The notes under the pieces are model-generated. The model searched no databases. It saw only the letters and a list, made by a program, of their open reading frames with translations, and was not told the origin of the DNA. Below are positions 27,101 to 38,864 of a stretch of 48,344 nt of DNA, piece after piece (position 1 is the first letter of the stretch; every line of letters starts with the position of its first letter). The stretch is from positions 82,678 to 131,021 of the forward strand of contig PS015096.1 in the NCBI GenBank assembly GCA_048213135.1. Reading direction: 5' to 3'. The translations under genes were made by a program, and so were the position numbers. The stretch is from Reclinomonas americana ATCC 50394. Its lineage: Eukaryota.

Positions 27101-27494
27101 AACTTGTTGTACTCGGGCAAGGTACGTCGCACCACCCATGTCTCGCTCTCCCACGCAAGGATACTGACTCCGCGCGCCTGCGTAGGTCCACATGCTGGAC
27201 TTGCCGTTGGTTCGCGATCTGGCTCGCATGGACTCGGTCATCATTCCGCACTTCATGTTGAACATGGACGAGTACATGGAGCAGCTCAATATGCTGGCGG
27301 CGGTCAACTTCCTCTCCGAGGTCGGCGATGATCCGCTGGATCCGGTGCTGACCGGCAGGGTGCCGGCCACTCCTATTATCTCCTTGCCGCGAGGGCGCTC
27401 TAGTGGTGACTTGGAGGACGACGAGGATGAGGAGGATGTGGTGGACGATGACGATGAGGAGGAGGAGGAGGAGGAGGAGGAGGGAGAGTGTTAA
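24153..27494 (+). CDS. MATCAP: MATCAP/KIAA0895 (DUF1704) family metallocarboxypeptidase, putative tubulin detyrosinase
   Basis: The spliced catalytic region gives YEPQFRY, AHHEL|GTHFVR (HExxxH), TEEGLATLN, LWKPALQYYS, CLRVKRGLTDTS, FCKDQVYLCG, LLYSGK and IPHFM. Long low-complexity N-terminus; start codon uncertain. Confidence 0.9.
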
Positions 27495-27625
27495 TCATTT
27501 GTGACGCGTGTAATCCTATAATGTGTTTTGAGTGTGTCTGTGCGTGTGTGCGTGCGTAAGCGTCTGTGTATTTCATTAGGAGGCGAAATAGCGTTCAAAC
27601 ATCATAAACCATATTTTTTGTGTCA

Positions 27626-30600
27626 TTACCATGCACGGGAGCCGGCGGCAGAACTGTGCCCCGACGCCGCGGCTGTTGTGGTGGTGGTGGTGGTGGCTGA
27701 TGAACTAGGGCCACCGGCGGCAGCGGCAGTGGCAGCGATGCCAGCCACACTTGCATCGTGATCGCCCGCCGACTGCTCCATGAGCTCCGCCAGCTGCTCA
27801 TCCTCTTGGGCGACGGCCAACAACGACATGAGCTGATCGCGTAGCCGTTGAATCTCGGCCCTCTGCAAGTCGATGATACGATTGTTCTCGTCGACTTGCA
27901 CCATCAGTTCGTGGAAGCGGTCTGGTGACACCATGGGCGTCGGTCTCCGACTGTGAGGGCACGAAAAATACATCAGTCCACACGCTCTTCCTGGTCCCAC
28001 AACAGAGCAGAGCAAAGCAAACCTCGACGCCGCCGAGTGCAATCGCTGCGCAAACTTTGATGTGCCAGCCGTTCGATGGTGCGCCTCTAGAGGCGCTGTG
28101 ATTGGATGGAACTCGTCAGGCCAACGATACAGAAATGCCAGGCAAAGCGACGCAGAAAACGCAACTCGACAAGCGACCCGATTGCGACGCTGTCGGTTCG
28201 ACAGACATGATGTGCGTGACGCGACTGAAGGGCCGCGAAGAAGCAAAGGTAGAGGCATACGAATCCGCACTGCAGCAAGTACAAGTCAGCACCATGAAAG
28301 AGACGTCGTCTCGCTCGTGTGGCGTCCACACCTCATGACTCGTGCTTCTGGCATACGCGGCTCCACGCTGATTGAGAGAGGAGACAGGCATTGAGCGAGA
28401 AGGATATCGGGTAGCGAATCAGACGGGTGAGACGCACCTCTGCGCACGCTGCAGTGCTGGTGTCTCTCCGCGTTCCGACTTGTGAGACGGCGACTGCGAC
28501 ATCGAGACGCTGCCGGAGGCTGCCTGGCCCGAGAGCTCCATGATGCGCGTCTCCAGCTTCTGGATGCGCCCGCGAAGGACGTGATTCTCTCGGCGGAGAC
28601 CATTGAGCTCGCTGCAGCATGTGTTTGTGTGAGAAGACAGCAATGCAGAAGTAGTCGGCATACGCGGCGACGCAACTTCATCGTGTCCTTATTCTCGCTC
28701 AGTTTTCTCCGCTGCTCCAGAATGCCCTTGCGCTCCAACTCTTCCTTGCGCTTGCGCAGGTACTCGTTGTTGCGTTCTAGGTACTCCTTCTGCCGTTGGA
28801 ATTCTGCGGGGAGGAACAAAGTCAGCTTACCCGTACTTTCTATGCCTCTACTTCCGCGCGCGCGCACACCTTGCACTTTCAGGTCGTCATTCGGGCGCTT
28901 GACGTACGACTCCTCGCCGAGGACGTATCGCTTGTACCTACGCAGTGACATCAAAAACAACGCTGTTAGACGCGCATGACCAAGCCGACGGGAAACAACT
29001 GACACAAGCCNNNNNNNNNNNNNNNNNNNNNNNNNNNNNNNNNNNNNNNNNNNNNNNNNNNNNNNNNNNNNNNNNNNNNNNNNNNNNNNNNNNNNNNNNN
29101 NNNNNNNNNNNNNNNNNNNNNNNNNNNNNNNNNNNNNNNNNCACTCATCATCGTCCTTCTTTTGCAGAGCCCAAGGAGATGGAGATTGAGGAGCTCAACA
29201 AGCAAGTCTCCGATCAGGAAGAGCAGCTGAACAAGCACCGCGAGGAGCACTTTGCACTGCAAAAGGCCTTCAAGGAGAAGAAGAGCATCATTGAGTCGCT
29301 CAACAAGCAGATCAAGGAGCAGCAGGCGGGCATGTCGGAGCGCAACAAGTACGTGTCCCAGTTCAAGACCGACCTGGTGCGTCTCATGCAAGAGGTGGAT
29401 GAGGCGTCGTTCAAGGACAATTTCAAAGACATGTTGCGTNNNNNNNNNNNNNNNNNNNNNNNNNNNNNNNNNNNNNNNNNNNNNNNNNNNNNNNNNNNNN
29501 NNNNNNNNNNNNNNNNNNNNNNNNNNNNNNNNNNNNNNNNNNNNNNNNNNNNNNNNNNNNNNNNNNNNNNNNNNNNNNNNNNNNNNNNNNNNNNNNNNNN
29601 NNNNNNNNNNNNNNNNNNNNNNNNNNNNNNNNNNNNNNNNNNNNNNNNNNNNNNNNNNNNNNNNNNNNNNNNNNNNNNNNNNNNNNNNNNNNNNNNNNNN
29701 NNNNNNNNNNNNNNNNNNNNNNNNNNNNNNNNNNNNNNNNNNNNNNNNNNNNNNNNNNNNNNNNNNNNNNNNNNNNNNNNNNNNNNNNNNNNNNNNNNNN
29801 NNNNNNNNNNNNNNNNNNNNNNNNNNNNNNNNNNNNNNNNNNNNNNNNNNNNNNNNNNNNNNNCACACACAGAAGAGGGGCACAGAGAGCGATCTCGGAC
29901 GAGAGTGACGCACCGAGATCTTTCGAGAGTTTCTGCAACTTGAAGCCAAACACCACGCGGAACTTCTCCAGCTCCTGGTTGCGGCGCTTGAGTTGGTTGA
30001 TTTGCGCCTCTTTCGCCACGATGCTGTCGTCCTTTTGCTTCATCTCGCGCGTGATGACACTCTGCACAATTCACAGGGCGTGAGTGAAACCTCCTCACTT
30101 TGCCGAGCAGAGACGACAACAATGGAGGTAAAGACACGTACCATGCGACCCTCGCGTTCGTTCGTCTGGCGCAACAACGCAGCCTTCTCCTCGTCGCGTT
30201 GTGCAATGATCTTCTTGAGGCTGACAATTTCCTGCTTGCACGACGACACCTTGTTGCGCAGGAACACCAGTTCGCCACGCTTCTGCACATCGGCCATCTT
30301 CTGCTTCTCCAATTCCATCTGGTGCTGCATGCGAATGTTCTCCAGCAATTCCCGATGCTCCTCCTCAATCATGGCAATGCTGGCGTCGTAGGTGGCCGTC
30401 TCCGTTTGCAGCTCTTTCCGCAGGTGCTCAATGTTCATGTTGAGTTCCTGTGTGTGTGTGTGACAGCACCGAGTCAGCGACAATGTGGCACAGAATGTAG
30501 AGTGTGTCAACGCACATCCATCTCGTCGAGGTGCGTGTTCTGCACTTGATCAATCTCCTTCTTGTGCAGGCCCTGGATGTCCTCGATGAATGTGTCTTTC

Positions 30601-33600
30601 TCCACCTCCAAAAAGTCCTTTTCTTGCGTCAGCTTCTTCAGATGCAGTTGCTGGATCTGCAGCTTTTGATCGTACAGTCGTTGCAGGTTCTGAAGACGGA
30701 CATGCGATTCAGCAAAGAGGCATAGTGTAGCAGCAACGACAAGAGATGGTGGGATCGCACCTGCGCCGCATCAGTGTGGTCTCTCTTCAGCCGCCGAATG
30801 CGCTCCTCGAGTTTCAGCTGCAACTCCAATTTCTCCTCCTCCAGTTTCTCAATCGTGCGCACGCGAAAGAAAAGGTAAGCAATCACACACGCACACGTGC
30901 TGGCACACGACAAAATGCATATCTTCTCTTGGCTTCCAGCTCGGCCTCTTGTGCGTGGTCCACGCTGTCTTTCGTCTGCTCAGCGAACCGCTTCCGCTCG
31001 ACCGCAATCTCAAAGTCTGTGTTCACCACCGACAACATCAGCGAAATGACAACAACAGTCGCCACCACAGAACACGACGTGCAAGTACCTGACTGAGCGC
31101 GGACTTCGGCGAGCTTGGCCGACAGATCTTCGATAGTGGCCTCGCGCTCCTCCAACTCGGCGCGAGAAATCAGTCCAACTCCCATGATGCGCGACATCTG
31201 CGTGCGGAAAAGGAATGAGTGCACGCCAGAAAATCCACAGGCAACGTGCAGGACGCAAACCTGTGTCGTGTCAGGCAACCTGCGCTCCGAGGCCCACATC
31301 TGCACCATGCCTTCGTCGCCGCCCGAGATGATGAGACCCTCGCTGACCGAAGCCGCCATGCACCGCACCGAGCCTGAACGGGCATGTGTTTAGTGCACTC
31401 AAGAGTGGAGGCGCTGCACATCATCAACAGCACTGACCAACATGGGCCGGCAGGCTGACCAACGGTGTGGTATCCGAGCTGTTCAGGCGGCCGGTGGTGG
31501 CATCTAGTTGGTACGCCATGATGCGACCCGTGTCGGTGCCAACAAAGAGAGTCGTGCGTGATCGCGACAACACGACCTGCAGTGGCGGGCATTGAGGACA
31601 AAGGATAGACAGAGTGTCGACCACACGCAGCAAGTGCACGCACCCGAGTGAACGAGTAGCCGTACACGCTGAGCTCGCTGACGACTTGACCACTGACGAT
31701 TTCGCGCAGCACGCTGCGGCCGCGACTGGAACCACACACGTAAATCTGTCCCCGCATGCCGTACACCGCGCTCGAGTACTGGAAATCCTTGTCGACCGCC
31801 TCGCTGTCGGCCACGCGCGTTCCAGAAATGATTTCCCACTCAAACACTGCGCCGTCGTAGCCACACGAGACAATGCGCAAGTCGTCGGCCGACCACGCCA
31901 CAGAGCGCACAGGTCCGACATGGCCACGGAAGCTCGCCCGTTGCTCCAGTGCGTACGTGTCCACAATGTGAATGGTGCTCCCACTGCACACGGCAAACAA
32001 GTGTCCACCGTTGCTGAAGCGAACCTACACACACGCAGCATCGACAGGTCAGACCCATTCGAGTCTCCTTCACACAGCAGCAAGAGAGGACGGACGCACC
32101 ACGCGGACATTACGCAGGTCCATCGAGCCCACCAGCTGCAGGTCGTTCATCATCACAAAATACATGCCCACAAAGTGATTCGAGCCGAGCACCAAGAACA
32201 ATCCACTAGGATGGAGGGATATGGACAGCGGCTCCTCCGTCATGCGCTTGCTCACTGAGCACTGGCGTTCCGACAGGTCCCACAAGCGAACGCACTCATC
32301 CTGCACGCCACAAACAGAGAAATGCCGTGAGTGCACCACACAGAGTGCCAGAGCACAGCATCGAGCAGCTTCACCTCTGAGCACGTGGCAACCAGTGGCC
32401 TCTGTACACATGTGGCCACGTCGTAGATGCGGGAATTGTGCGACTGCGCCAGCGCCGTGCACGAAATTGGCTCATTGTCTTGCATGATGCTGACATCTGC
32501 GGAGAGAGGGAGGGAGAGAGCACGGGTGCCGTCAGTCCGCACGATGACCTCACAATCCCTTCGCGCAAGTCACGCAACTCGTGAGGGGGAACGAGGCAAT
32601 CGTCTTGTTGGCCAAGAAGAGTGCCAGCGACTCCTCCGAGGGCGACACCGCCATGTCGGTAACCGACTCGCGCTCCATGCAGTACACCGATCTCATGCTA
32701 ATGTACGGACGAGTGCGATCACGGCTCTTTTCAAACACCTGTCCACAAGCAGCACGCACCCATCATCATCCACCGAGTGATACTTCTACAAAGAAAAAAA
32801 TGCACGCGGGCGACGCACCCCCACATAGCCATTCTCGCCACCAGCCAAGAAGCCCTTGGAGTAGAGACACAGCTTGGTGATGGGCGTGGCGTCGGGAAAC
32901 ACGTTCGGGATGAAGCTCACGAGCTGCGAATAGACCAACACGAATGAGTTTCTCTCTGATTCAACGACGACCACACATCCACCACAGACCTTGCCGCCGT
33001 CAAAGATGAACACACTGGCGTCGTTGGTCGACACAAGGAAGCGCTCGGTCGACACCCACGCGTGGTCGGTGATCAACTGCGATGAGTAGCGCTCCCAGTC
33101 GGGTTGGATCGGCTTCAGCACCTTCTCCGTGTACTTCCACAGTCGGAGAGCCTTGGGTCCCGTGGTGACTACTTGATCAAAGGATCGCGGATTCATGGTG
33201 GCCTTGGTGACAAAGCCCTCGCCACCCACTTGTATGCTGCCCTCGACCTGCCACAAATCGTTTAAGTATCCAAGCACGCAGACAGACATAGGCAGAAAAC
33301 AGACCTTGCCCGTCTCCGTGTTGATGTGTGACATGGTCTGCCCGGCGTCCGACCCAATGGTGATGAGATGTCGGTGTGTGCGCGTGCCGAAAGCCACAAA
33401 CTTGGCGTTGCACGTGTCACCGCTGGGAATGGTGCGACGACGGCGCACCGAGGACTTGGTCACACGGAAAATGTAGACCTCGGTGGTTTCGTCGCTGCTG
33501 CTGACGCCACTGGTGCCTCCCGGCGCACTGTGCATCGACATGGCTCCCATATCCGCCGACGCATTCACCCCCGCCGCACTGTTGCCGGCGGCACCGACTC

Positions 33601-34442
33601 CCGAACCCGCCGCTCCCGACATGCGCAGCCGCGAGGCACCGACAGCTCCGCTGCCCGACGCCACCACGGCCGACGAACCGAGTGCTCCTGCCGACTGCGC
33701 CGCTCCACTCTGCCGCACCAGCACGCCGCTGACGGCAATGTATGCGGCGCCTGCCAGCTCCCCAGAGCCCTGCTCTTCCTCATCTATTTGCGACGCACAC
33801 ATCAGTCATCACTGCGACGCTGATCACACGACATGCCACCGACGGCGTACCATCGTCACCCTCATCCAGCGCGCCAGTGTCCTCTCCGCCACCGCCANNN
33901 NNNNNNNNNNNNNNNNNCCGCCACCACCACGGGCGCTCGCTGAGCCACCAGCACCGCCAGCGCCCTTGGCCGCCGCCTGCTTCATGAGGGGCCGACAGAC
34001 CGAGATGGACGCGATGCGCTGCACGTGCTCCGGCAGCGGAATCGTCTCGATGCGTCGGGTATCCACATTGAGCAGACACACTTGCCTGCCGAGGATCATC
34101 AGCGACGCACGATCATCATCACTTGCACTGCAGTTTTCTTTTCTCACCTGCCAACCGAGTACACGATTCGCGTCGAGTCCAGCCACTCGACACATGAGCC
34201 CGTGCCCGTGTCATGCACGCCAAAGATGTGACTGCGACGCACGCACGCACGCACCGCAGTGTGAATGGACACCGCACAAAGCACGCAACGGTTGATCGAC
34301 GCGCGCGAGAGAGAAAACGCAACAAGAGCTCGCACTGCACACCCGACCCAGTGCCACTGCTGGCTGCTGCTGCTGCTGCTGCTGCGGCCGCTGCTGCACC
34401 ACCGCCACCTGTGATGTCGGCTGAGGATGGACGCGAGGCCAT
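27626..34442 (-). CDS. CFAP57: Cilia- and flagella-associated protein 57 (WDR65): WD40 propellers plus coiled coil
   Basis: WD40 exons include SHNSRIYDVATCVQRPLVATCS, ISLHPSGLFLVLG and FRGHVGPVRSVAWSADDLRIVSCGYDGAVFEW. Coiled-coil signatures include KEAQINQLKRRNQELEKFRVVFGFKL, EFQRQKEYLERN and RIIDLQRAEIQRLRDQL. Confidence 0.9.
29168..29432 (+). CDS. CFAP57: CFAP57 internal exon lying on the opposite strand in a gap-flanked segment
   Basis: The exon EPKEMEIEELNKQVSDQEEQL...FKDNFKDM has splice phases that join exactly to the minus-strand exon ending 29914 (G|AG=E) and the one starting 28937 (AT|G=M, then YKRYV). Confidence 0.85.
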
Positions 34443-35059
34443 CTCTCTGTGACTCAAACTGCACAACGGTGGAGGTGACGGGTGTCACATCAGCCCATCA
34501 TCATGGTCACTTCATTTCACGCCTTCTCCGTCCTCGCCACCCAGTGCCGTCAGCCATCGCGGGAGNNNNNNNNNNNNNNNNNNNNNNNNNNNNNNNNNNN
34601 NNNNNNNNNNNNNNNNNNNNNNNNNNNNNNNNNNNNNNNNNNNNNNNNNNNNNNNNNNNNNNNNNNNNNNNNNNNNNNNNNNNNNNNNNNNNNNNNNNNN
34701 NNNNNNNNNNNNNNNNNNNNNNNNNNNNNNNNNNNNNNNNNNNNNNNNNNNNNNNNNNNNNNNNNNNNNNNNNNNNNNNNNNNNNNNNNNNNNNNNNNNN
34801 NNNNNNNNNNNNNNNNNNNNNNNNNNNNNNNNNNNNNNNNNNNNNNNNNNNNNNNNNNNNNNNNNNNNNNNNNNNNNNNNNNNNNNNNNNNNNNNNNNNN
34901 NNNNNNNNNNNNNNNNNNNNNNNNNNNNNNNNNNNNNNNNNNNNNNNNNNNNNNNNNNNNNNNNNNNNNNNNNNNNNNNNNNNNNNNNNNNNNNNNNNNN
35001 NNNNNNNNNNNNNNNNNNNNNNNNNNNNNNNNNNNNNNNNNNNNNNNNNNNNNNNNNNC

Positions 35060-36525
35060 ACAAATCGCGACACGGCCTTGTCGTCTTGCGCGGCGAAGAA
35101 GTAGGTGGTGGGCCGGCGGTGAATGCGACAAGTGCGAGCGATTGTGTCCCACCAAAATTTCTCGTGATTGGCGACGTCGACAAAGGAATACACCGCCGTG
35201 GCTGTGTGCGCTCGTGCAGGTGAGATGCGTGGCATGCGCAGATAGTACTTTCGAAGAGGAAAGGGGCGCAACTGGTGCCATCGGTGCGGCGCGTCTGCTG
35301 GCCCGAGAACGCAAACAGCAAATCCCGATTCCACTCGGCCAGCGAGGGTGCTCCGGCGCCCGCTCGTCGCCGGAGAGCCACAAACAGATTGCTGCGCGTG
35401 TCCTCGTTCTGCAGCGTCAGCAAGTAGGCGCCTGACAGCATGACTACGCCCTCGGGTTCACTCGGCAGCCGCGGTGTCTGCAGGCCGGTGAATTGGCCGC
35501 GCAGCGTAAAGTACTTGTAGCAGTGGTCGTGCTCGTCGGCGATCAGCACCTGTCCCAGTTTCTGGTCGACGAGGATGCTTTCGACCTTTTTCAGCATGCC
35601 CGGATCTGTGTTGTCGCAGCGTGAGCGATGATCGAGAAGGGAAAACAGAAGGTGCGTGACGGTGGTAAGTGACCTTCGTTGGGTCCAAAAGTCTGCACAA
35701 AGACAGGCTCCACGCGCCCACCGCCGTACAGTGGCGCGCGCACCTCGAATACGCACACTCGACGCGCCACGATCAGTTCCTTCGGGTAGCCAGGCGGCAC
35801 GGCCTGATCGGTCACAAACACCCGCGCTCCATAGTACGTGGTCTCCGCCGACAAGCCGTACGGCCGGAGCAGAATGTCTTCCCCAAACACCGCCACGCAC
35901 TCCATGCTCGGCAGTCGGGCAATCTACTCACACCACGTCACAACGGCAGCAAAGAAGCGCGTGTGCGCGCGCGCGGACACGTGTCACTCAAACCTGCACG
36001 CGATGCGCATCCCGCTCGACAACAAGCAGCAGCGGAAGGCCGCCGATCGTCAGCTGCAGAATGCCATTCGGCCGCTTGAACGGCACACACATCCTGCCAC
36101 GCACGTGTAAGTGGGGCGCGCGAGGAGAGGCGATCATGGACAGAGGGACGCAACTGTGCATGCTCGGCCACACGTGCACCGGTCAACGCATCAAAGGCCA
36201 CCACGAGATTGGACGACTTGGCTGTGGCATACACCAGCGGCCGCGAGAAGCTGCCACACACACAATGAGTCCTCTCTCCCACACACAAACGAGAGCAGCG
36301 CACGTGCAGACGCAACATCGACTGCTGCCACGGTGTCAACGAGTCAATGTTGTCGCGCTTGTTGGCGTCGGGCACAAACACTGCGTCCTCGCGCAACGAC
36401 TGAGCGCGATGCAGCCACCACTCACTGTCGTTGTCTTCCTCCTGTGCACTGGCGTGCATGATGGCGATCGTGAGGATCGCGAGGAGGAGGGCGATGATGG
36501 AGACAAGTCGCCTTCTCGACCACAT
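35060..36525 (-). CDS. Secreted beta-propeller phytase-like protein (Xanthomonas PhyA type), multi-exon, 3' end in gap
   Basis: Signal peptide MWSRRRLVSIIALLLAILTIAIMHASA. Motifs occur in PhyA order: DNIDSL, ATAKSSNLVVAFDA, FKRPNGI, VVERDAHRVQV, FGEDILLRPYGL, VFVTD, KVESILVD..VLIADE, EPEGV, FSGQQTRRTDG, FAAQDDKAV. Confidence 0.8.
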
Positions 36526-36592
36526 GTGAAAAAATTTAAAGAGTGATTGAGGAAATTTACACGCAACACACACAGTCGCACACACAGAAGGA

Positions 36593-37866
36593 ATGGCGAG
36601 CAGTGCTGGAGTGGCCAGTGGGTCGGGCAGTGGCGGCGGTGTCACAGCGGAGAATGTCGATGATCAGTTGCTCATTCCGTGCATCAACTTTAGTCTGGTG
36701 CGCAGCAGTGTGTCTGCGCGTGTGTTTGAAATGCAAGGCTGCTCACTGTGTGCTCTTGCTTGGTGTGACATACACGCAGGTGGCACCAGGTGTGTGTGTG
36801 ATCTTCTCTCATCATCATGTGTGCATTGTGATTGACTGTGATTCATCATCGCACAGGTGTTTTCCGGTGTGTTTCATCTGCTGTCTCGTACGCACACTCG
36901 CACACACACACACGCACCTGACACACGCACTCGTCAGCTCTGGGTATCCCAACAAGAAGAACTTTCCGTTCCTGAAGAAACTCGGCGTCCGCACGATTTT
37001 GTTGCGTGACGGCTGTCTGGTTGCTAGCTGCGTTGGTGGTGGTGGTGCTGAGGTCGAGCAGGTATCTGTGTCCTGAGGAGTACGCAGAGGCCAACCGTCG
37101 GTTCTGCGAGGAGAACGGGATTGTTATCAAGCAGCATGGCGTGGAGGGCAACAAGGTGCCGTGCTCGCCACCGCAGTGACTTGGCCTCCTTCTCTCGCCA
37201 CCTGCTGAACGCTCTCTCTGCCATACACAGGAGCCGTTTGTCGACATCCCGGAGGAGGTGATTCGTGAGGCATTAGTGGACTTGCTTGGTACGTGCGTGT
37301 ACGTGCGTGTGAATGATTGGTGCGTCGTGTCGTCTCATGTTTCTCTGGCAGACGTGAGGAACCATCCAGTGCTGATTCATTGGTGAGTGCGAGGGGTGCT
37401 GTCTTCTTCGTTCTTGTCGACACTCACCCATCTCTCGTTGCACAGCAACAAGTGAGTGTCGGACTGAACTGCCCACCTCTGATATTAGTTGCTGACCTTC
37501 CGTCGCTCGCAGGGTTCTTTTCACTCGACCGTTGCCTCTTTTTGTGAACGAGAATACTCACACAGTTTGCTCACTTGCATGTGTGTGTGTCTGCGTGCAG
37601 GGCAAGCACAGAACAGGAGTCGTGGTTGGGTGCATTCGCAAGGTGCAAAAGTGGTCGCTTACTTCAATCTTTGACGAGTACCGGCGATTCGCCGGCACCA
37701 AGGTCCGCATGTTGGATCAGCAGGTGAATCCAGCGACGTTGCTCGTTCATGTTCATGCGCCGTTGACTCACCCATGTGTGGACTGGTTGTGTGTCAGTTT
37801 GTGGAGTTGTTCTCAGTGGAAAAGATCCCCTACGACAGGCAACACAAGCCCAAGTGGTTGTGGTGA
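36593..37866 (+). CDS. SIW14: SIW14/PFA-DSP atypical dual-specificity phosphatase (inositol pyrophosphate phosphatase)
   Basis: Exons 36593-36697, 36780-36789, 36857-36866, 36938-37000, 37062-37155, 37231-37288, 37352-37382, 37446-37451, 37513, 37601-37723 and 37798-37866. Spliced product: LIPCINFSLVAPGVFRSGYP..FLKKLG..YLCPEEY..GNKEPF..NHPVLIHCNKGKHRTG..W..IFDEYRRFAG..DQQFVELF. Confidence 0.93.
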
Positions 37867-38090
37867 GCGAGCGCAGGCACGGGAAAGAAAAACGAGAGTG
37901 CGACCATAACAAATGAAGCAAAAAAGAAGTTCCAACACGCGCGCACACGCACACACACATGCGACTGTATTGTGTATGTGTGGTGCACTACGGGGCCCAG
38001 TCATCGTCCATGGTTGCCTTGGACTTGCGCCGCTTCTGCCATTCGCGTACACACAATGTCAGTTTTCTCTACACGCCGCGAAATAGTAGG

Positions 38091-38587
38091 TCACGAAGAA
38101 CGCACTGCTGGTGGCTCATCCTCGACGAATTCGTCATCACTGAGGTCACCGTCCATCCGATGATCGTCGCCATTGGCCTGACCTGCACCCTCGACCAGAT
38201 CTGTGTCCTGTTCGCGCTGTGCACGCTTCAGTGCCGCCACTGGCGACAACACCGTTCCGTCGGCGAAACGAGTCGGACGAGTTGCCCGTCGTGCGCGACT
38301 GACAGACTCAGATGGCGACGCCGCCGACGCGCCTGGCAAAACACACGGCGCACACAAGTCAGCAGCACGTCTTAGCCCCCGTCCATAATAAACACACGCA
38401 CACACACACACCGGTGACAGGCTCGGGGGATTGCGGCGACATGGGCGCAGAGCCTTGCGTGCCCGGTGTGCTGCAATGGCGCGGTGGATTCCGTCGTGCG
38501 ATAGCGAGTGGGGGAGAGGTTGGCGACGCGGGAGACATTGCACTGGCAGCTGTCGATTCCCGTCGCGCGATCGCGACATCACTCGTC
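38091..38587 (-). CDS. 3' exons of a minus-strand gene, probably the low-complexity C-terminus of VPS72
   Basis: The frame is open from the gap (TSDVAIARRES...SPEPVT|GASAASPSES...DDEFVEDEPPAVRSS*) with one GT-AG intron. Confidence 0.5.
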
Positions 38588-38647
38588 NNNNNNNNNNNNN
38601 NNNNNNNTGGCTGGCCGATTGACTGCTGTGCTCTGTGTGATGTGCAG

Positions 38648-38829
38648 GATGCGAGGCCTGCCAAGCAGCGCATCGTGTACCAGGATCTGACGCAGGAGGA
38701 GAAGCTGGCGGAGGCCGAGATCACTGCCATGTACAATCGAGAGAGCCTCAAGCTGCTGCTTGCCATCGAGGAGGAACGCAAGCGTGTGCAGCCGCTGAAG
38801 AAGTTGAAATATCCTTTCCGGTTGCCTCT

Positions 38830-38864
<35 letters not shown>

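Noticed and set aside
35200-35285. Possible GC-AG intron in the phytase gene
   Set aside because: A canonical GTTGCG donor at 35272 restores the frame.
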